DNA of 20,000 nt from Vairimorpha necatrix. Taxonomy: Eukaryota. Below the pieces are notes generated by a model. That model was given only the letters and a program-made list of their open reading frames with translations. It was not told the DNA's origin and did no database searches. The translations under genes were made by a program, and so were the position numbers. The number at the start of each line of letters is the position of its first letter. The first letter of the stretch is position 1. Positions 1 to 11,247 of the stretch are shown here, piece by piece. The DNA lies in NCBI GenBank assembly GCA_036630325.1, contig CP142735.1, positions 1,049,814 to 1,069,813 of the forward strand. Reading direction: 5' to 3'.

Positions 1-35
1 TACTCTAAAACCTCATATTTCGGCTAACGTCAACA
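1..35 (+). repeat. 3' part of the 5' LTR of element A
   Basis: TACTCTAAAACCTCATATTTCGGCTAACGTCAACA matches 3855-3889 at 35/35 and ends in CA. Confidence 0.95.
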
Positions 36-3000
36 CTGGCGACAACGCAAACCAATCTGTTGAGAAGGACAGATTAAGTACTTTACTAGAAGCAGTGGGC
101 TTCAGGAAGGATGGCATAAGACCATTCAGTGGTAAAGGAGGCATGGAAGTTGAGCTATGGCTGGAACAATTCTCGTATTTAGAAGGGGAATGGAAAGGCG
201 AAAAACTTCTATCCTATATGAAACCCTATGTCGTGGGAAGAGCGAAAAAATGGATGATAGCGATGGAAGACATCGAATATACTGACTTCATCAGTTTTAA
301 ACAAGCTCTTATAACTAAATTTGGTGTAAATAAACAAACGACAAGAAATGAAATCAAAGAGTTATACAGAATATTAATATCTGGTCCTAACGAAAGTGGC
401 CTGGAAGATTTCATAATGGAGGTTATAACCCAGAATAGGAAAGCCAAATTAGAGTTTAATACAGTCAAAATGGAACTGATCGAGTTTTTCCCAACTGTTC
501 TTCACGACAAAGTAAAAGAGTCGATGGACTGGAAGAGCATCATCAAAATCTTAAATGATAACGAAGATTTTATTAAAAGATTAGGTAAATATAATAAAAT
601 TACACCAGAAATAAAGTCTAAAAACTCATCTTTAATAACAAAACAGAGAAAAGATACTAAAGCAGAAATTTCATGTTTTAACTGCGGAGGGCAACATTAT
701 GCGAGTAGATGTCCGAGCAAAAACCAAAATCTGAAGAAAGAAAAAGCGGCTTATTCAAGTTCTAGAAGGGCTCAAATTATTTCTAAAGACACTAAAAAAC
801 TCAACGAAGTCAATGAAAATAAAACTGATTTAGTTTATTTAAAAGTCAAAATTTATAATAAAACTGTTAATGCCTTACTAGATACAGGAGCATCGCATTC
901 GTTTATAGATAAAAGTCTCATACAAGAATGTAAGTTAGAAAACATGAGAAGAGAACGCATAACAACTGCCACTGGTATAGTTTCTAGTTATGGTAGCATT
1001 AATGGAGTCCTAGAGATTGAAGGAAAGAGGTACAAAATCCCCCTCCAGGTGATGTGTCCATTAAGCGAAGATGTAATATTAGGAAGAGATTTCTTGGAAA
1101 TAAACAAAGGAGCGATTGATTTCCATAACAAAAGAATTACTCTTGGGAAAAATATATTAAAAACCGGAAATATAAAAAAAAATATGGATTGTCTGGAGTT
1201 AAGACATATATCTAAAGAGACATCACGACAGCCAAGTGTTCACAGCACATGTAACACAACGTTGGAATTAGTCAAAGACTACTTTGAAAGGCTGAAAGGA
1301 CGTGAAGAAGGTCTCAGCAATACGTTGGGAATAGCCCATAAAATTGATTTACGCCCCAACGTGACAATAGCTAATATGAGAAGTTATACTATGGACGGTA
1401 AAAAGAAGGAGTTCATAATTAACGAATGCCTAGAGTTGGCTAAAAATGGAATCATAACAGAAAGCGTGAGTAGGTGGAATGCACCTATAGTAGTGGTTAA
1501 AAAACGCACGGGAGGACACAGGATGTGTATAGATTATCGAGAATTAAATAATCGAACGGTAAAAGAAGTTTGCCAGCCTCCAACTATTGAGGAGTGCCTT
1601 AATTCATTGAGTGGAGCCAGATATTTCACACAATTAGATCTAGAAAAGGGGTATCATCAAGTGCCCATGGATCCAGAGTCACAAGAGTTGACAGCCTTTA
1701 TGTCACCAGTAGGTAAGTTTCAATATAGAATGATGCCTTTCGGCTTAACTAATGCCCCGGCAACATTCCAGAGACTAATGTATGGAGTTTTCAGAAATTT
1801 AATAAATTCCAAAGTCGTAGTTTATATGGACGACATTACCATATATAGTAAAACGCATGAAGAACACCACAGAGATGTAAGAGAGGTCCTTCAAGTCTTG
1901 TTAGCAAACGGACTTAAAATAAGTACTGAGAAAAGCGTTTTCTGCACGAAGAGGGTGGATTTATTAGGTCATTCAGTAATGGATGGAAAGGTATTCCCAG
2001 ATGAAAAGAGACTAGGTCCTTTTAAAGATAAGCTAAAGATAGAAACTATTAAACAGTTACACTCATTTGTTGGCGGAATAGGCTACTTCAGAAACTATTT
2101 TAAGAATTTTTCTAGTAAAACATTTATATTAAACGAAATAATCAATAGGAAAAGAGAATTTTCAAAAATTGAAGTTGAGAAAACTGTAAATGACTTACGA
2201 CTAGAATTAATAAATTCGGCGTTTTTAGAACTCTCAAATATGGAAGAGATGTTCATAATAGAAGCAGATGCATCAGATTATTGTATAGGCGGTGTTCTCA
2301 AACAGAAAAAGAATCAGAAGGATGTGGTCATCAGATTCTGTAGCAGAAATCTAATGCCTGCTGAGAGGAACTATCCTACACTTGAAAAGGAAACTCTTGC
2401 AATAATTTATGCGGTGAAGACTTTTAAAAACTATTTACATAAAAAATTTGTCATAAGAACAGATCACAAATCTCTTGTATGGCTTTATAAAGTCAAGAAT
2501 CCACAAGGAAGGATTGCTAGATGGTTGATGTTCCTGGCAGACATGGAATTTGTGATTGAATATAAGAAAGGGAAAGATAATGTAGTAGCAGACTGCCTTT
2601 CAAGAGTCCAATTAAAATCAATAACCAAGGAAGATGGCGATGGGGCGTCTACGAAATTAATCTTAGAAGCTCATTCCTTAACTGGACATAGTTGTGCCAA
2701 TAACACGTACAATTTTTTGAAGATACATCATGCGGGATCAGGAATATCTCGAGATAGAGTGAAAGATATATTGAGAACATGTGGAACATGTTTAAAATTT
2801 AAAAGGAATAGACCGTTCAAACAATATCCAACAAATGTAGAAGGAACATTCATGGAAATTGGGATCGACTGCATCGGTCCACTGCCAAAGTCGAAATCAG
2901 GACACAAATTCATTGTTCTCGCAACCGACTACTTTACTAAATGGGTTGAGGGTAAAGTTCTAAAAAAGAAATCGGCAGAAGAGATAGCAAGATTTCTAGT

Positions 3001-3175
3001 GGAAGACGTATTCTCAAGACATGGGACGGTCAAAACGATCAGGAGTGATCAGGGATTAGAGTTCACAAATAAACTAGTGAACTCAGTGCATCGTTATGGG
3101 GAAGTAGATTTAAACATTCATCTCCATACCACCCACAAGCTAATGGTCTTGCAGAGAGAACAAACAAGACCATGA
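2..3175 (+). CDS. Gag-Pol polyprotein of element A (Gag, zinc knuckle, aspartic protease, RT, RNase H, N-terminal integrase); frameshifted near 3087
   Basis: The frame of the 95..3175 ORF is open back to base 2. Motifs: CFNCGGQHYASRC (674-712), LLDTGA (DTG at 881-889), MPFGLTNAPATFQR, YMDD (1823-1834), EADASDY...TDHKSL...ADCLSR (RNase H), HSLTGH...CGTC (HHCC), GIDCIGP and RSDQG (integrase D, D). Confidence 0.93.
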   Translation, partial: TLKPHISANVNTGDNANQSVEKDRLSTLLEAVGFRKDGIRPFSGKGGMEVELWLEQFSYLEGEWKGEKLLSYMKPYVVGRAKKWMIAMEDIEYTDFISFKQALITKFGVNKQTTRNEIKELYRILISGPNESGLEDFIMEVITQNRKAKLEFNTVKMELIEFFPTVLHDKVKESMDWKSIIKILNDNEDFIKRLGKYNKITPEIKSKNSSLITKQRKDTKAEISCFNCGGQHYASRCPSKNQNLKKEKAAYSSSRRAQIISKDTKKLNEVNENKTDLVYLKVKIYNKTVNALLDTGASHSFIDKSLIQECKLENMRRERITTATGIVSSYGSINGVLEIEGKRYKIPLQVMCPLSEDVILGRDFLEINKGAIDFHNKRITLGKNILKTGNIKKNMDCLELRHISKETSRQPSVHSTCNTTLELVKDYFERLKGREEGLSNTLGIAHKIDLRPNVTIANMRSYTMDGKKKEFIINECLELAKNGIITESVSRWNAPIVVVKKRTGGHRMCIDYRELNNRTVKEVCQPPTIEECLNSLSGARYFTQLDLEKGYHQVPMDPESQELTAFMSPVGKFQYRMMPFGLTNAPATFQRLMYGVFRNLINSKVVVYMDDITIYSKTHEEHHRDVREVLQVLLANGLKISTEKSVFCTKRVDLLGHSVMDGKVFPDEKRLGPFKDKLKIETIKQLHSFVGGIGYFRNYFKNFSSKTFILNEIINRKREFSKIEVEKTVNDLRLELINSAFLELSNMEEMFIIEADASDYCIGGVLKQKKNQKDVVIRFCSRNLMPAERNYPTLEKETLAIIYAVKTFKNYLHKKFVIRTDHKSLVWLYKVKNPQGRIARWLMFLADMEFVIEYKKGKDNVVADCLSRVQLKSITKEDGDGASTKLILEAHSLTGHSCANNTYNFLKIHHAGSGISRDRVKDILRTCGTCLKFKRNRPFKQYPTNVEGTFMEIGIDCIGPLPKSKSGHKFIVLATDYFTKWVEGKVLKKKSAEEIARFLVEDVFSRHGTVKTIRSDQGLEFTNKLVNSVHRYGEVDLNIHLHTTHKLMVLQREQTRP
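37..46 (+). promoter_or_regulatory. Primer-binding site of element A (TGGCGACAAC, possibly tRNA-Ser)
   Basis: TGG begins 1 nt after the LTR's CA end. It is complementary to a tRNA ending ...GUUGUCGCCA, which resembles fungal tRNA-Ser 3' ends (recalled; not checked against host tRNAs). Confidence 0.75.
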
Positions 3176-3771
3176 TAGAAAAAATATCAAAAGCCATGGT
3201 AGATCATGAACAGAACTGGGATAGAGTATTCCCGTATGTGTTAATGCAATATAGGATTGGTATAGTGGAACGCTTTAATGCGTCACCCTTTATGTTACTA
3301 TACGGCAGAGAGCCTTTAGTTCCAAGCAATTTAATTGAGATACCATCAGACTTTGATTTATATTTTGTTGATCCAATTGAATATGTAAGACAGAAAAGAG
3401 AGAAAATAAATATTATTAAAGAAAGAATAATGGAAGTAGAAGATAAGAAAAAGGCTAAGTCTAACGAACGAAACTTATATAAAGCAGACCCCAATGACTT
3501 AGACATAGGAGATACAGTTCTTTTAAAGAAACACGCACTATTGAAGAGAAAATTCGAATCACCATACGAAGATGAAGAGTTCGAAATTATCACTAAGAAA
3601 GGCAAAGGTGCTTATCAAATAAGAAGTTGTAATGGAGGGAAAACATTTGATATTAATCGAAAAGATTTAGTTGCTGTAACCGAAACTGAAAAGACGATAT
3701 CTTATTTGATGAAGGGGAGAGTGTGGACGGCGGATAGTCCGGACCAATCAGATTGTCTTCTTGACATCTGA
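3088..3771 (+). CDS. C-terminal half of element A integrase (continuation after the frameshift)
   Basis: This frame reads ASLWGSRFKHSSPYHPQANGLAERTNKTMIEK..., then SPFMLLYGREP and a GPY/F-like region (KFESPY). The stop at 3769-3771 lies inside the 3' LTR. Confidence 0.9.
   Translation, partial: ASLWGSRFKHSSPYHPQANGLAERTNKTMIEKISKAMVDHEQNWDRVFPYVLMQYRIGIVERFNASPFMLLYGREPLVPSNLIEIPSDFDLYFVDPIEYVRQKREKINIIKERIMEVEDKKKAKSNERNLYKADPNDLDIGDTVLLKKHALLKRKFESPYEDEEFEIITKKGKGAYQIRSCNGGKTFDINRKDLVAVTETEKTISYLMKGRVWTADSPDQSDCLLDI
3711..3721 (+). promoter_or_regulatory. Polypurine tract of element A
   Basis: GAAGGGGAGAG lies immediately before the TG that starts the 3' LTR. Confidence 0.9.
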
Positions 3772-3889
3772 AACATGATAATTCTGAAACAACGTTTCAG
3801 AATTAAATATAAATACATCCTCGAATTTATGAGGATGGGCAATAATAAAAAGAATACTCTAAAACCTCATATTTCGGCTAACGTCAACA
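3722..3889 (+). repeat. 3' LTR of element A (168 bp)
   Basis: Ends are TGTGGACG...CGTCAACA (7/8 terminal inverted repeat). It follows the PPT, its last 35 nt equal bases 1-35, and it has a TATAAAT at 3808-3814. Confidence 0.92.
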
Positions 3890-4337
3890 ATTTAGAAAAA
3901 ACATGTTGGCCATGTAAAAGAAGGTGTGTAGTAATTTGGTAGTCCGTAATGAATTTTGCTTTTTTTTAATGATAAAGATAATTAAAACAACGGATTATAT
4001 TACAATAAATACTAAATGAAGGATAAATCATCAGATCAAGCCTTGTAGAATTCTAATATTTTTTTATCGATGCTAGGTTCCTATTAATCTTGTCAATTAT
4101 ATTTAATGAAACTAATTTTTTTGTAATATTTAATTTATATATTTTGGGATCTAAAATTATCTTCATTTAAGGAAAAAATTTTAAATATATTATAATTAAA
4201 CAAAAATGATATATAAAAAAGTAAATAAGAAAGTTGTTAGAGTATAATAAAAAAGATACATATATATTAAAATTAAAATATAATATTATATTAATATTGT
4301 TGTGTTATATAAAATAAAAAATAGGTTTAACTATCAA

Positions 4338-4421
4338 ATGCTCAAGAAAGTAGAAGCGTAATCAAGATGATTAACAGAGAAGACAAACGAAATTATTCCA
4401 ATAGACTACCGAAGAAGAATG
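4338..4421 (+). pseudogene. Possible highly decayed C-terminal relic of an RLE-type non-LTR retrotransposon ORF
   Basis: Reads KVEA*SR*LTEKTNEIIPIDYRRRM, loosely like the EAYIQS..LKKTLESIS..YRR tail of the family matched at 6816-7013. The match is weak and made by eye. Confidence 0.25.
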
Positions 4422-4876
4422 AAGGTTCCGATTTGAAAAAAATTAAGAGCTGAGAAGCTGCACACAAACAGGAGACTCTAACGCGGAACCTATACAAAAA
4501 ATACTAGAAATATTAAACATTGTTAGCATATCCTGACATAATTCATTTTTTATAATAAAAAAAAAGTAATTTTTTTGGATTTATTTGTAAAGAATGTATA
4601 TATAATTATAACAATGAAATTTATTATGTTATTTTCTGAAACAAACTATATTGTTTCCAAATTTAGATATGAATTAAATAAATAAAAAAGAAATAAATAT
4701 ATGACAATTTAATATTTTTTTTTCTTTATGGAGTATCTACACATCTTATGATCCGGCATGTAGCCTGAACCGAAGTAGGAGAGGGTGAGTCTAAACTAAC
4801 ATATTGTTTTATATGTTTTTCTACTCATCGGAATTGTGGGTCAGCGGTAAATTTCGTTTAAATAGTCAATTAGATT

Positions 4877-5032
4877 TACTGTCAAACTCTATGAGATGTA
4901 AACAAACAAAAAAGAAACTAAACTTTACTAAATACGTAGTACTTCGTGTGACATGCCTTTTTCTTACTTTTAGTTTGTGAATGTCAAACATGTCTAATGT
5001 TTGTTTACAATACTTGGTGATGTTTGACAGTA
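4877..5032. repeat. Fold-back / MITE-like element with nested inverted repeats
   Basis: TACTGTCAAAC (4877-4887) pairs with GTTTGACAGTA (5022-5032). TGTAAACAAACA (4897-4908) pairs with TGTTTGTTTACA (4998-5009). AAACTAAA (4915-4922) pairs with TTTAGTTT (4969-4976). Confidence 0.6.
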
Positions 5033-6815
5033 CCAATAATCATTGTTTAATTATAAGCAAGTATCGTCAGTGCAGGTCTGCAGCCTCACACATCTGAATA
5101 AATAATAATGTTGTTATTTCAAAAAATTATTTCTTGCACAATTTAGTACATTTTTTTAGAGGTACCAACGTATGTATCTGTATAAATAATATTTTAAGAA
5201 ATTTAGATTTATTTGTCTTTTCGTGTGAGTACGTAAGTATATAATTTGCTGTATATAAAATAATTATGAAACGCATTATGTGCAGAATCGACATAAAAAT
5301 AAAAAATTGAAGTAAAGTTAAACATATTAATTCGGCTTTGGACAAATACGTTAATTAAACATTATATTTATTCCTTTTTGAAAGATAAAAACATATTTTA
5401 TAAACAAGTAAATTAGATTCTTTCAAAAAAAAAATAAAAAACAATCATTGAGTGATTTAATTACAAGAAATGTCTGATACTATATATCAACTATTTAAGA
5501 CACATAATTTAGCATAACAATATATTTGTTGAAAAAATTAGGATATATTATATACAAGAAATAAGATTATAAATCTATCTAAAATAATTTAGGCAGAGGC
5601 ATTAGAGTATTTTAATAAATGTTAAAAAACCAAAACTTGTATACTAAATACAAAGGTTTCATGGAAGTGTGTATTAACGATTACATCATAAGGACAGTTG
5701 TCAAAGTTTACATCAAATATTCACCAACCACGTTCCAACACATTAATAATACAACAAAAAATAAAAAATTAACAATATGTTTATCCATGCAAAAAAATTA
5801 ACCTTTAACTTACGTGGCTAAAAAATTATTACAATAAAAGAAAAAATTTAAAGAAAGAGTTTGTATATGAAGGGCAAGGAATATCTATGAAGCAAGTACA
5901 CAATCATAAAGTTACTAATGGCAAAAATTTTTTAGCCTTCTATTTAGAAGTAGCAAAGTTTTATTTATGAAGAACAGGGAAATAAATAAAAAATAAGAAG
6001 GAGCATATTGGTTATAAGAAAAAATATTTTTAAAACGAACTCTACAATCTATCTAAATTTACAACGTAGGTAATAACAAGATAATTTAAATTTGATTTTT
6101 TCTTTTTTCATTTGGTATAAGTACGAAAGAAAAAAAATGGAATTAATTTTACGATCAAAAATATGACTGTTTTTAAAGTTGATACAAATAATATTCATTT
6201 ATTAAAACTAGATAGTATTGGATTTTAAAGAAAAGGTATACAAATGATTCATACATATTGCGTTGCACTATAAATACATAAGATTTCAAAATAAGATATA
6301 CAATCAAGATATTAGATGAAATACAATTTTCTTTTAGATTAAAATCTACGCTAAGATGAACAAAAATAAATCCCAAAATTGCATATAGTATTATTTAAGT
6401 ACAATTAACACAAGAAATTAAGTTTTTTAATTATAGAAACATATCAGATGATTTTATAAATGAAAATTATACTAAAAAATCAACGATATTATATTTATAT
6501 ATGTCTAATATGTACACTTTATTAAGTTTAATTATTAATAATGGTAAAAAAACGAAAACAAATATTATATAAAAATTTTTAACGGATTTCGATTAACCTC
6601 GTATATTACATTTTTTTGGTTTATAGAATTCTAAAGAAGTTTCAATTATAAAACATTGTAGACTTTTGAAATCGAAGTTGGTAAAAAACTAATGTCACAA
6701 ATATTAATTTGTTGTTTACAATCATATTGACCACACAAAATTAGAAATTATGACCAAAAAATTCTAAAAAGTTTAATCATTAATACTTTAATCATATTTA
6801 TAAAAATATATTAAT

Positions 6816-7013
6816 TTATTATTAATTTATGTGATGACGTGGGATGGAATAGTAACTAATTTTCACCGTACGCATATCAAAGTGCTCAGATTAGAACCCA
6901 GAACGAAAGCATATATACAGTCAAGATTTCTTAAAATGACTTTAGAAAGCCTAACTATGCAGCCTGATATGGGCTTGTTACAGATCAAGAAGGGGTCTTC
7001 GAGACCCCAATAA
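6816..7013 (+). pseudogene. 3' fragment of a non-LTR retrotransposon with a restriction-like endonuclease (R4/Dong-like) C-terminus
   Basis: Reads YVMTWDGIVTNFHRTHIKVLRLEPRTKAYIQSRFLKMTLESL. This resembles the PYVMTWDGIVT...AYIQS.VLKKTLES tail I recall from microsporidian RLE-type retroelement proteins. It is a local GC island with no upstream RT. Confidence 0.55.
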
Positions 7014-10000
7014 GTGAATCTCAGAAAAAAGTTCTGTAACTACCAGATGAGACTGCAAGCGTATCGTGTGAAAAGTAAAAAATAAGCCGAATATTATACC
7101 CAAATGAATTATATAATTTTATTAGTAATTTCAAATAAATAAGAACAAATTCAATTAAAAAATCTTTCAGTTAAATATCTAAGAATTGCTCTTTTGTTAT
7201 ATATAATACTTTCTAAATCCGTTAAGTATAATATTTTTATATAATAATTAGATTAAAATGTAAGTATGAAAATCGAAATATTATAAAAAGAGGTCATTTA
7301 CGAAAGAAAAAAAAATCCAAATTCATTAACAATATCGTAAAATTATATATTTTTAAGAAAATCTCTTATTTAATGTATAATTAGAAGAATTGAAAAACTT
7401 ATTTAAATTAACAGTATAAAATAAGACCTATTCATTGTAAAATCGTTCTGTAATTATAAAAAGAATTTTACTTAGAAATAACATTTATGTTATTGATATC
7501 AAAAAATCCTAAGGAAAACCTACTTGAAAATATTTTTTTCTATTATAATATAATAAGAAATAATAAGTAAATTTTTAATTATGAATAATTAAAAAAACAA
7601 TAACACATACAATTTAATACAAGGTTATTTTGAATAAAACGATTTTGTGATTTTGAAAAAGGTTCGCATATTCAAAAAATTAAAACCAAAAAATGGGGGG
7701 GGGAATATAAATGCATATAAATCCAATACAGTTAATAACAATAATGAAATTAATTATGAAATCTAATTTTAAAAAACCTTAAATACCATAGTTACACGCA
7801 AAAGGAATATATATTTCAAAATTTATTTATTTAAGAAGAAAATAATTTTAATAAATATAAAGAGTATTAAAAAAAATAAACATGATTAATATTAGCCTAA
7901 TTAATATTAAAAAACCCCACTAAAAATATGTTAATACACGACAAATATTTTTCAATAATAATACTATATAATATTTCACCTGGACGTTTTCAAAATATTT
8001 ACAAAAAAATAAAAGAAAAGTTTAAAAGCTAGAATTTGATATATTAAATTTTAACAAAATGGTAATACTTCAAGAATCCAAATGAAAATCTATAAAACGA
8101 AAACACCTAAATTATGTTGCTATATCGTTAGTCTGAAAAATCTAAAAGTATTCTTAAGAAATTAAATTTTTAGAATATATAAGAATTCATTTACACATAT
8201 TTAAATAAAAAAATAAAAATTTTTATTATTTAGCATAAAAATGAAATATTATTAGTTAAAAGACGAAACTTAAAAATTCCTCTTATAAAATAAAAAATTT
8301 CGTTCTTTGTCTTTAATTATCAGATATTTAAATTTTTTGAATCAAAAATTTTATATAACTGTTATAGTCAATATTTTTGAAAAAAAATTGAAATTAAATT
8401 ATGATATTATATATTGTCTATAGTTCAATAAAATGCGTTAGATTAAATTTAAGTATGAAAAGGTCAAGAAAATTTTTTACTTCAATATAAATTTTATAAC
8501 ACAAAAATTTATCTACAAGTAAAATAAACATAATGCTATAAAAATCTTTTAAAAAACTAATATATTTCGAAATGCATTTTCAATAAAGATAATTGAGGTT
8601 AATATTACAAAAATAATTTTTAAAAGAAAATATATTTTAATTAGTAGGATAACTTTTTTTTAAAAAAAAAACATATTGGACTAAAACTCGTTTTGAAAAT
8701 AAATATTTTCTTTTAGAATAGTTAATAAAAACATTCAAACTAAACATTCAAATAATTTTCGATAAGTAAAAAGAAGAAACTTTTCATACAATTAAATTTT
8801 TACGACTAATTAAGCTAGAAGTCTCAACCACTTAAACGAAAAATATATTTTTTGAATATTAAATTGAATTTTTCATTTTCAAATTTCGCTCATAATAATA
8901 CACATACGACTTTTAGAATAAGTAATAGTTTTAGAACATATAACGACGTAATCTTTTTTAAAAATAATATATCAATCGAAAATTAACAATGCAATATATT
9001 ACACCTACATTATAAACATGATGATATATTCAACCTACACGAGAAACAAATGATTCACTAACGAAAAATTTATAAAAATATTAAAAATAATTTATTGTAA
9101 TTTTTTAAATTTGTATTTCAAAAGAAACCATATCACGGAGGGTTTTAGAAAATTGTAATTAAAGTTATTAAAAAACTATCAATATTTCAAAAAGTTTTAA
9201 AAATGATTTAAATTATTCTTATGGTAAAACATTAAATACTATTTATCGCAAGGAAGCATTGGAGAGTTTTTCATATCTAAAAACTCATTTTTTTATGCTT
9301 AACTTATTTTTTTTCAATTATTATAAAAACGTAGCATATATAAACCAAATAATATAAGAAAATTCATAAATAAAAATTTAAAGTCGCAAATAAACATAAA
9401 GACATACGACGAAAATAAAATATAAACATCTATAGAGGAACACAAAGAAAGACATTTCATTCTGTTATCATTTATTACAACTGTGTTTTGAAATTTCTGG
9501 TTATAATCTGTAAAAATATTATAAAATAAAATACAAAAAATTATTATAAAAGAAAAAATGATAAATATCTAAGAAATAAATCTAATAATGATCAGAAAAC
9601 ATATTAAATACAAATTAAAGATAATATAATCAATATTCATACAAATTGTAAATTTATACACAAAACTGAGCTGGAAATGAATTTTGTATCTTCATGTGAA
9701 GTTTCTAGTAAATATCATATATTCCACGGATTTATTTTTAATACTATAATTATGATGGGAATAAAATCAAAATAAATACAGAATTAGTAAATTTATTGAA
9801 AAATATCTTACACTAACCGAAGAATTAAAAATTTAAATCAATAAGAGCTAAGAAGGGATAATAAAAAGTATAAATAACCCCAATGCAGCTAATATATAGA
9901 TATTTATATAAATTTAAAAGTAATATAATGTAAGAGCATATAATTTAAAAAAAAATCTTATCTTTAATAATGACAGAAAATAGTTTAAATAAAATATTTT

Positions 10001-11198
10001 AATGCAAAAACCCAATTACATATATAACATAGATGCGGTTGACGATTTCTAATAATTATAAAATTTTATTATTTTAAATATTAATTGATAAAAAAATATA
10101 ATAAAAATTTGATAAATTAAATTTTAAATATTTTAATAAAAAAATCTTTATGAATTTTTTGGAATAAACATTTTGATTTTCGTAGAATAAAATCAATCTA
10201 ATGATTTTATTAAAAATTAAAATTTTTTATAACCCCTGAATTGGTTTTATCATAAAAAATTACATTTTAACATAACACATTGTGTAAAACATTTTCATAG
10301 AAATTGTTAAGTTACTTTCAACTATCCGCAATTTTTTACGCAATAATTTTGAATATACAACATATCTGAATCGAAAAAATTTATCAATATTAACTGATTA
10401 TCAAATATTAAAACTGGTTCTCTTCATAATTAAAATTATATGATGATCAAGCAAGAAGTACATCGAAAGTTGTAGAAGAAAATATAAAACATAACTAGGA
10501 GATTATGATCATATAATCAAATATTTTTCTTATAGAATGTATTTTTTTATTATCCAATATTTTCACTCCCTCTTATTTTAAAAATATTATATTTACTCCA
10601 TAAAAAATTGAATCCCAAAGAGAACATAAAAAATAGACAAAATATCATTTGTAATTTTAAAAGACTTCCTGAACAGTTGGGCAAATACATAGATAAATAA
10701 GATTGTACATTAGAAAAAGCCGCATCCCTATGCAGAGCCAAGAAGATATAAATATTCAATAAAAAAATCAAAAAATAAATTTTTCTAAAATTTTTTATTC
10801 TATAAATATAAATTAAATCATATTACTTTAGATATATCAAAATTTTTTTCATTGGTCTATTTTTATATCACATAATTTTATAATGAAATATTTAAATTTA
10901 ATTAGTTATTCGTATTGTATTTTCACACAAACGCTGAAATCTAGTCCTTAATGTTTCCAAATTCTTACGTCCTTTTACTTTCTTTAAATAATGATTCAAT
11001 TTTATTATTCAAAGTGGTTATCATGAGCTTTCCTAAAATGTATAAGCTCTTTGTCTGTATATATGCGTTAGTACAGCATTCGAGATTTAAGTTATTTGTA
11101 TAATATCGCTAAATATTATTTTTTTTAGTATAATTCGAATATTTCCAGTATAAAATATGTTAAAACACAAAAATGACCGGGTTTACAATAATATATAT

Positions 11199-11247
11199 TG
11201 TTATAATCAGTTATAATATTAAACCCTAATTATGTTAAGCACTTATA
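11199..11247 (+). repeat. 5' LTR of element B (49 bp)
   Basis: TGTTATAATCAGTTATAATATTAAACCCTAATTATGTTAAGCACTTATA, repeated at 14291-14339. The 3' boundary is uncertain by 2 nt because of the TA run. Confidence 0.9.

Larger units (their letters stand above)
1..3889 (+). mobile_element. Ty3/gypsy (Metaviridae) LTR retrotransposon A, 5' LTR cut by the window edge; inferred full length ~4.02 kb
   Basis: Bases 1-35 are identical to 3855-3889 (end of the 3' LTR). A TGG PBS starts at 37 and a PPT lies at 3711-3721. Domain order is Gag-zinc knuckle-PR-RT-RNaseH-IN, the Ty3/gypsy order. Confidence 0.96.

Noticed and set aside
95-97. GTG start assigned by the ORF track to element A's polyprotein
   Set aside because: The context is eukaryotic, and the frame stays open upstream into the LTR, where in-frame ATGs exist (seen in the 3' LTR copy).
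4303-4345. TGTTATA...ATG segment resembling a solo micro-LTR of the B/C family
   Set aside because: It has no inverted end, PBS or TSD and no further similarity; the heptamer is common in AT-rich DNA.
7695-7705. G9 run resembling a PPT
   Set aside because: No TG-starting LTR or integrase relic is adjacent; it is an isolated homopolymer.
5127-10771. Short spacer ORFs (5127-5345, 5619-5801, 6173-6376, 10550-10771)
   Set aside because: They are 60-73 aa, compositionally biased and motif-free, as expected by chance in AT-rich DNA.
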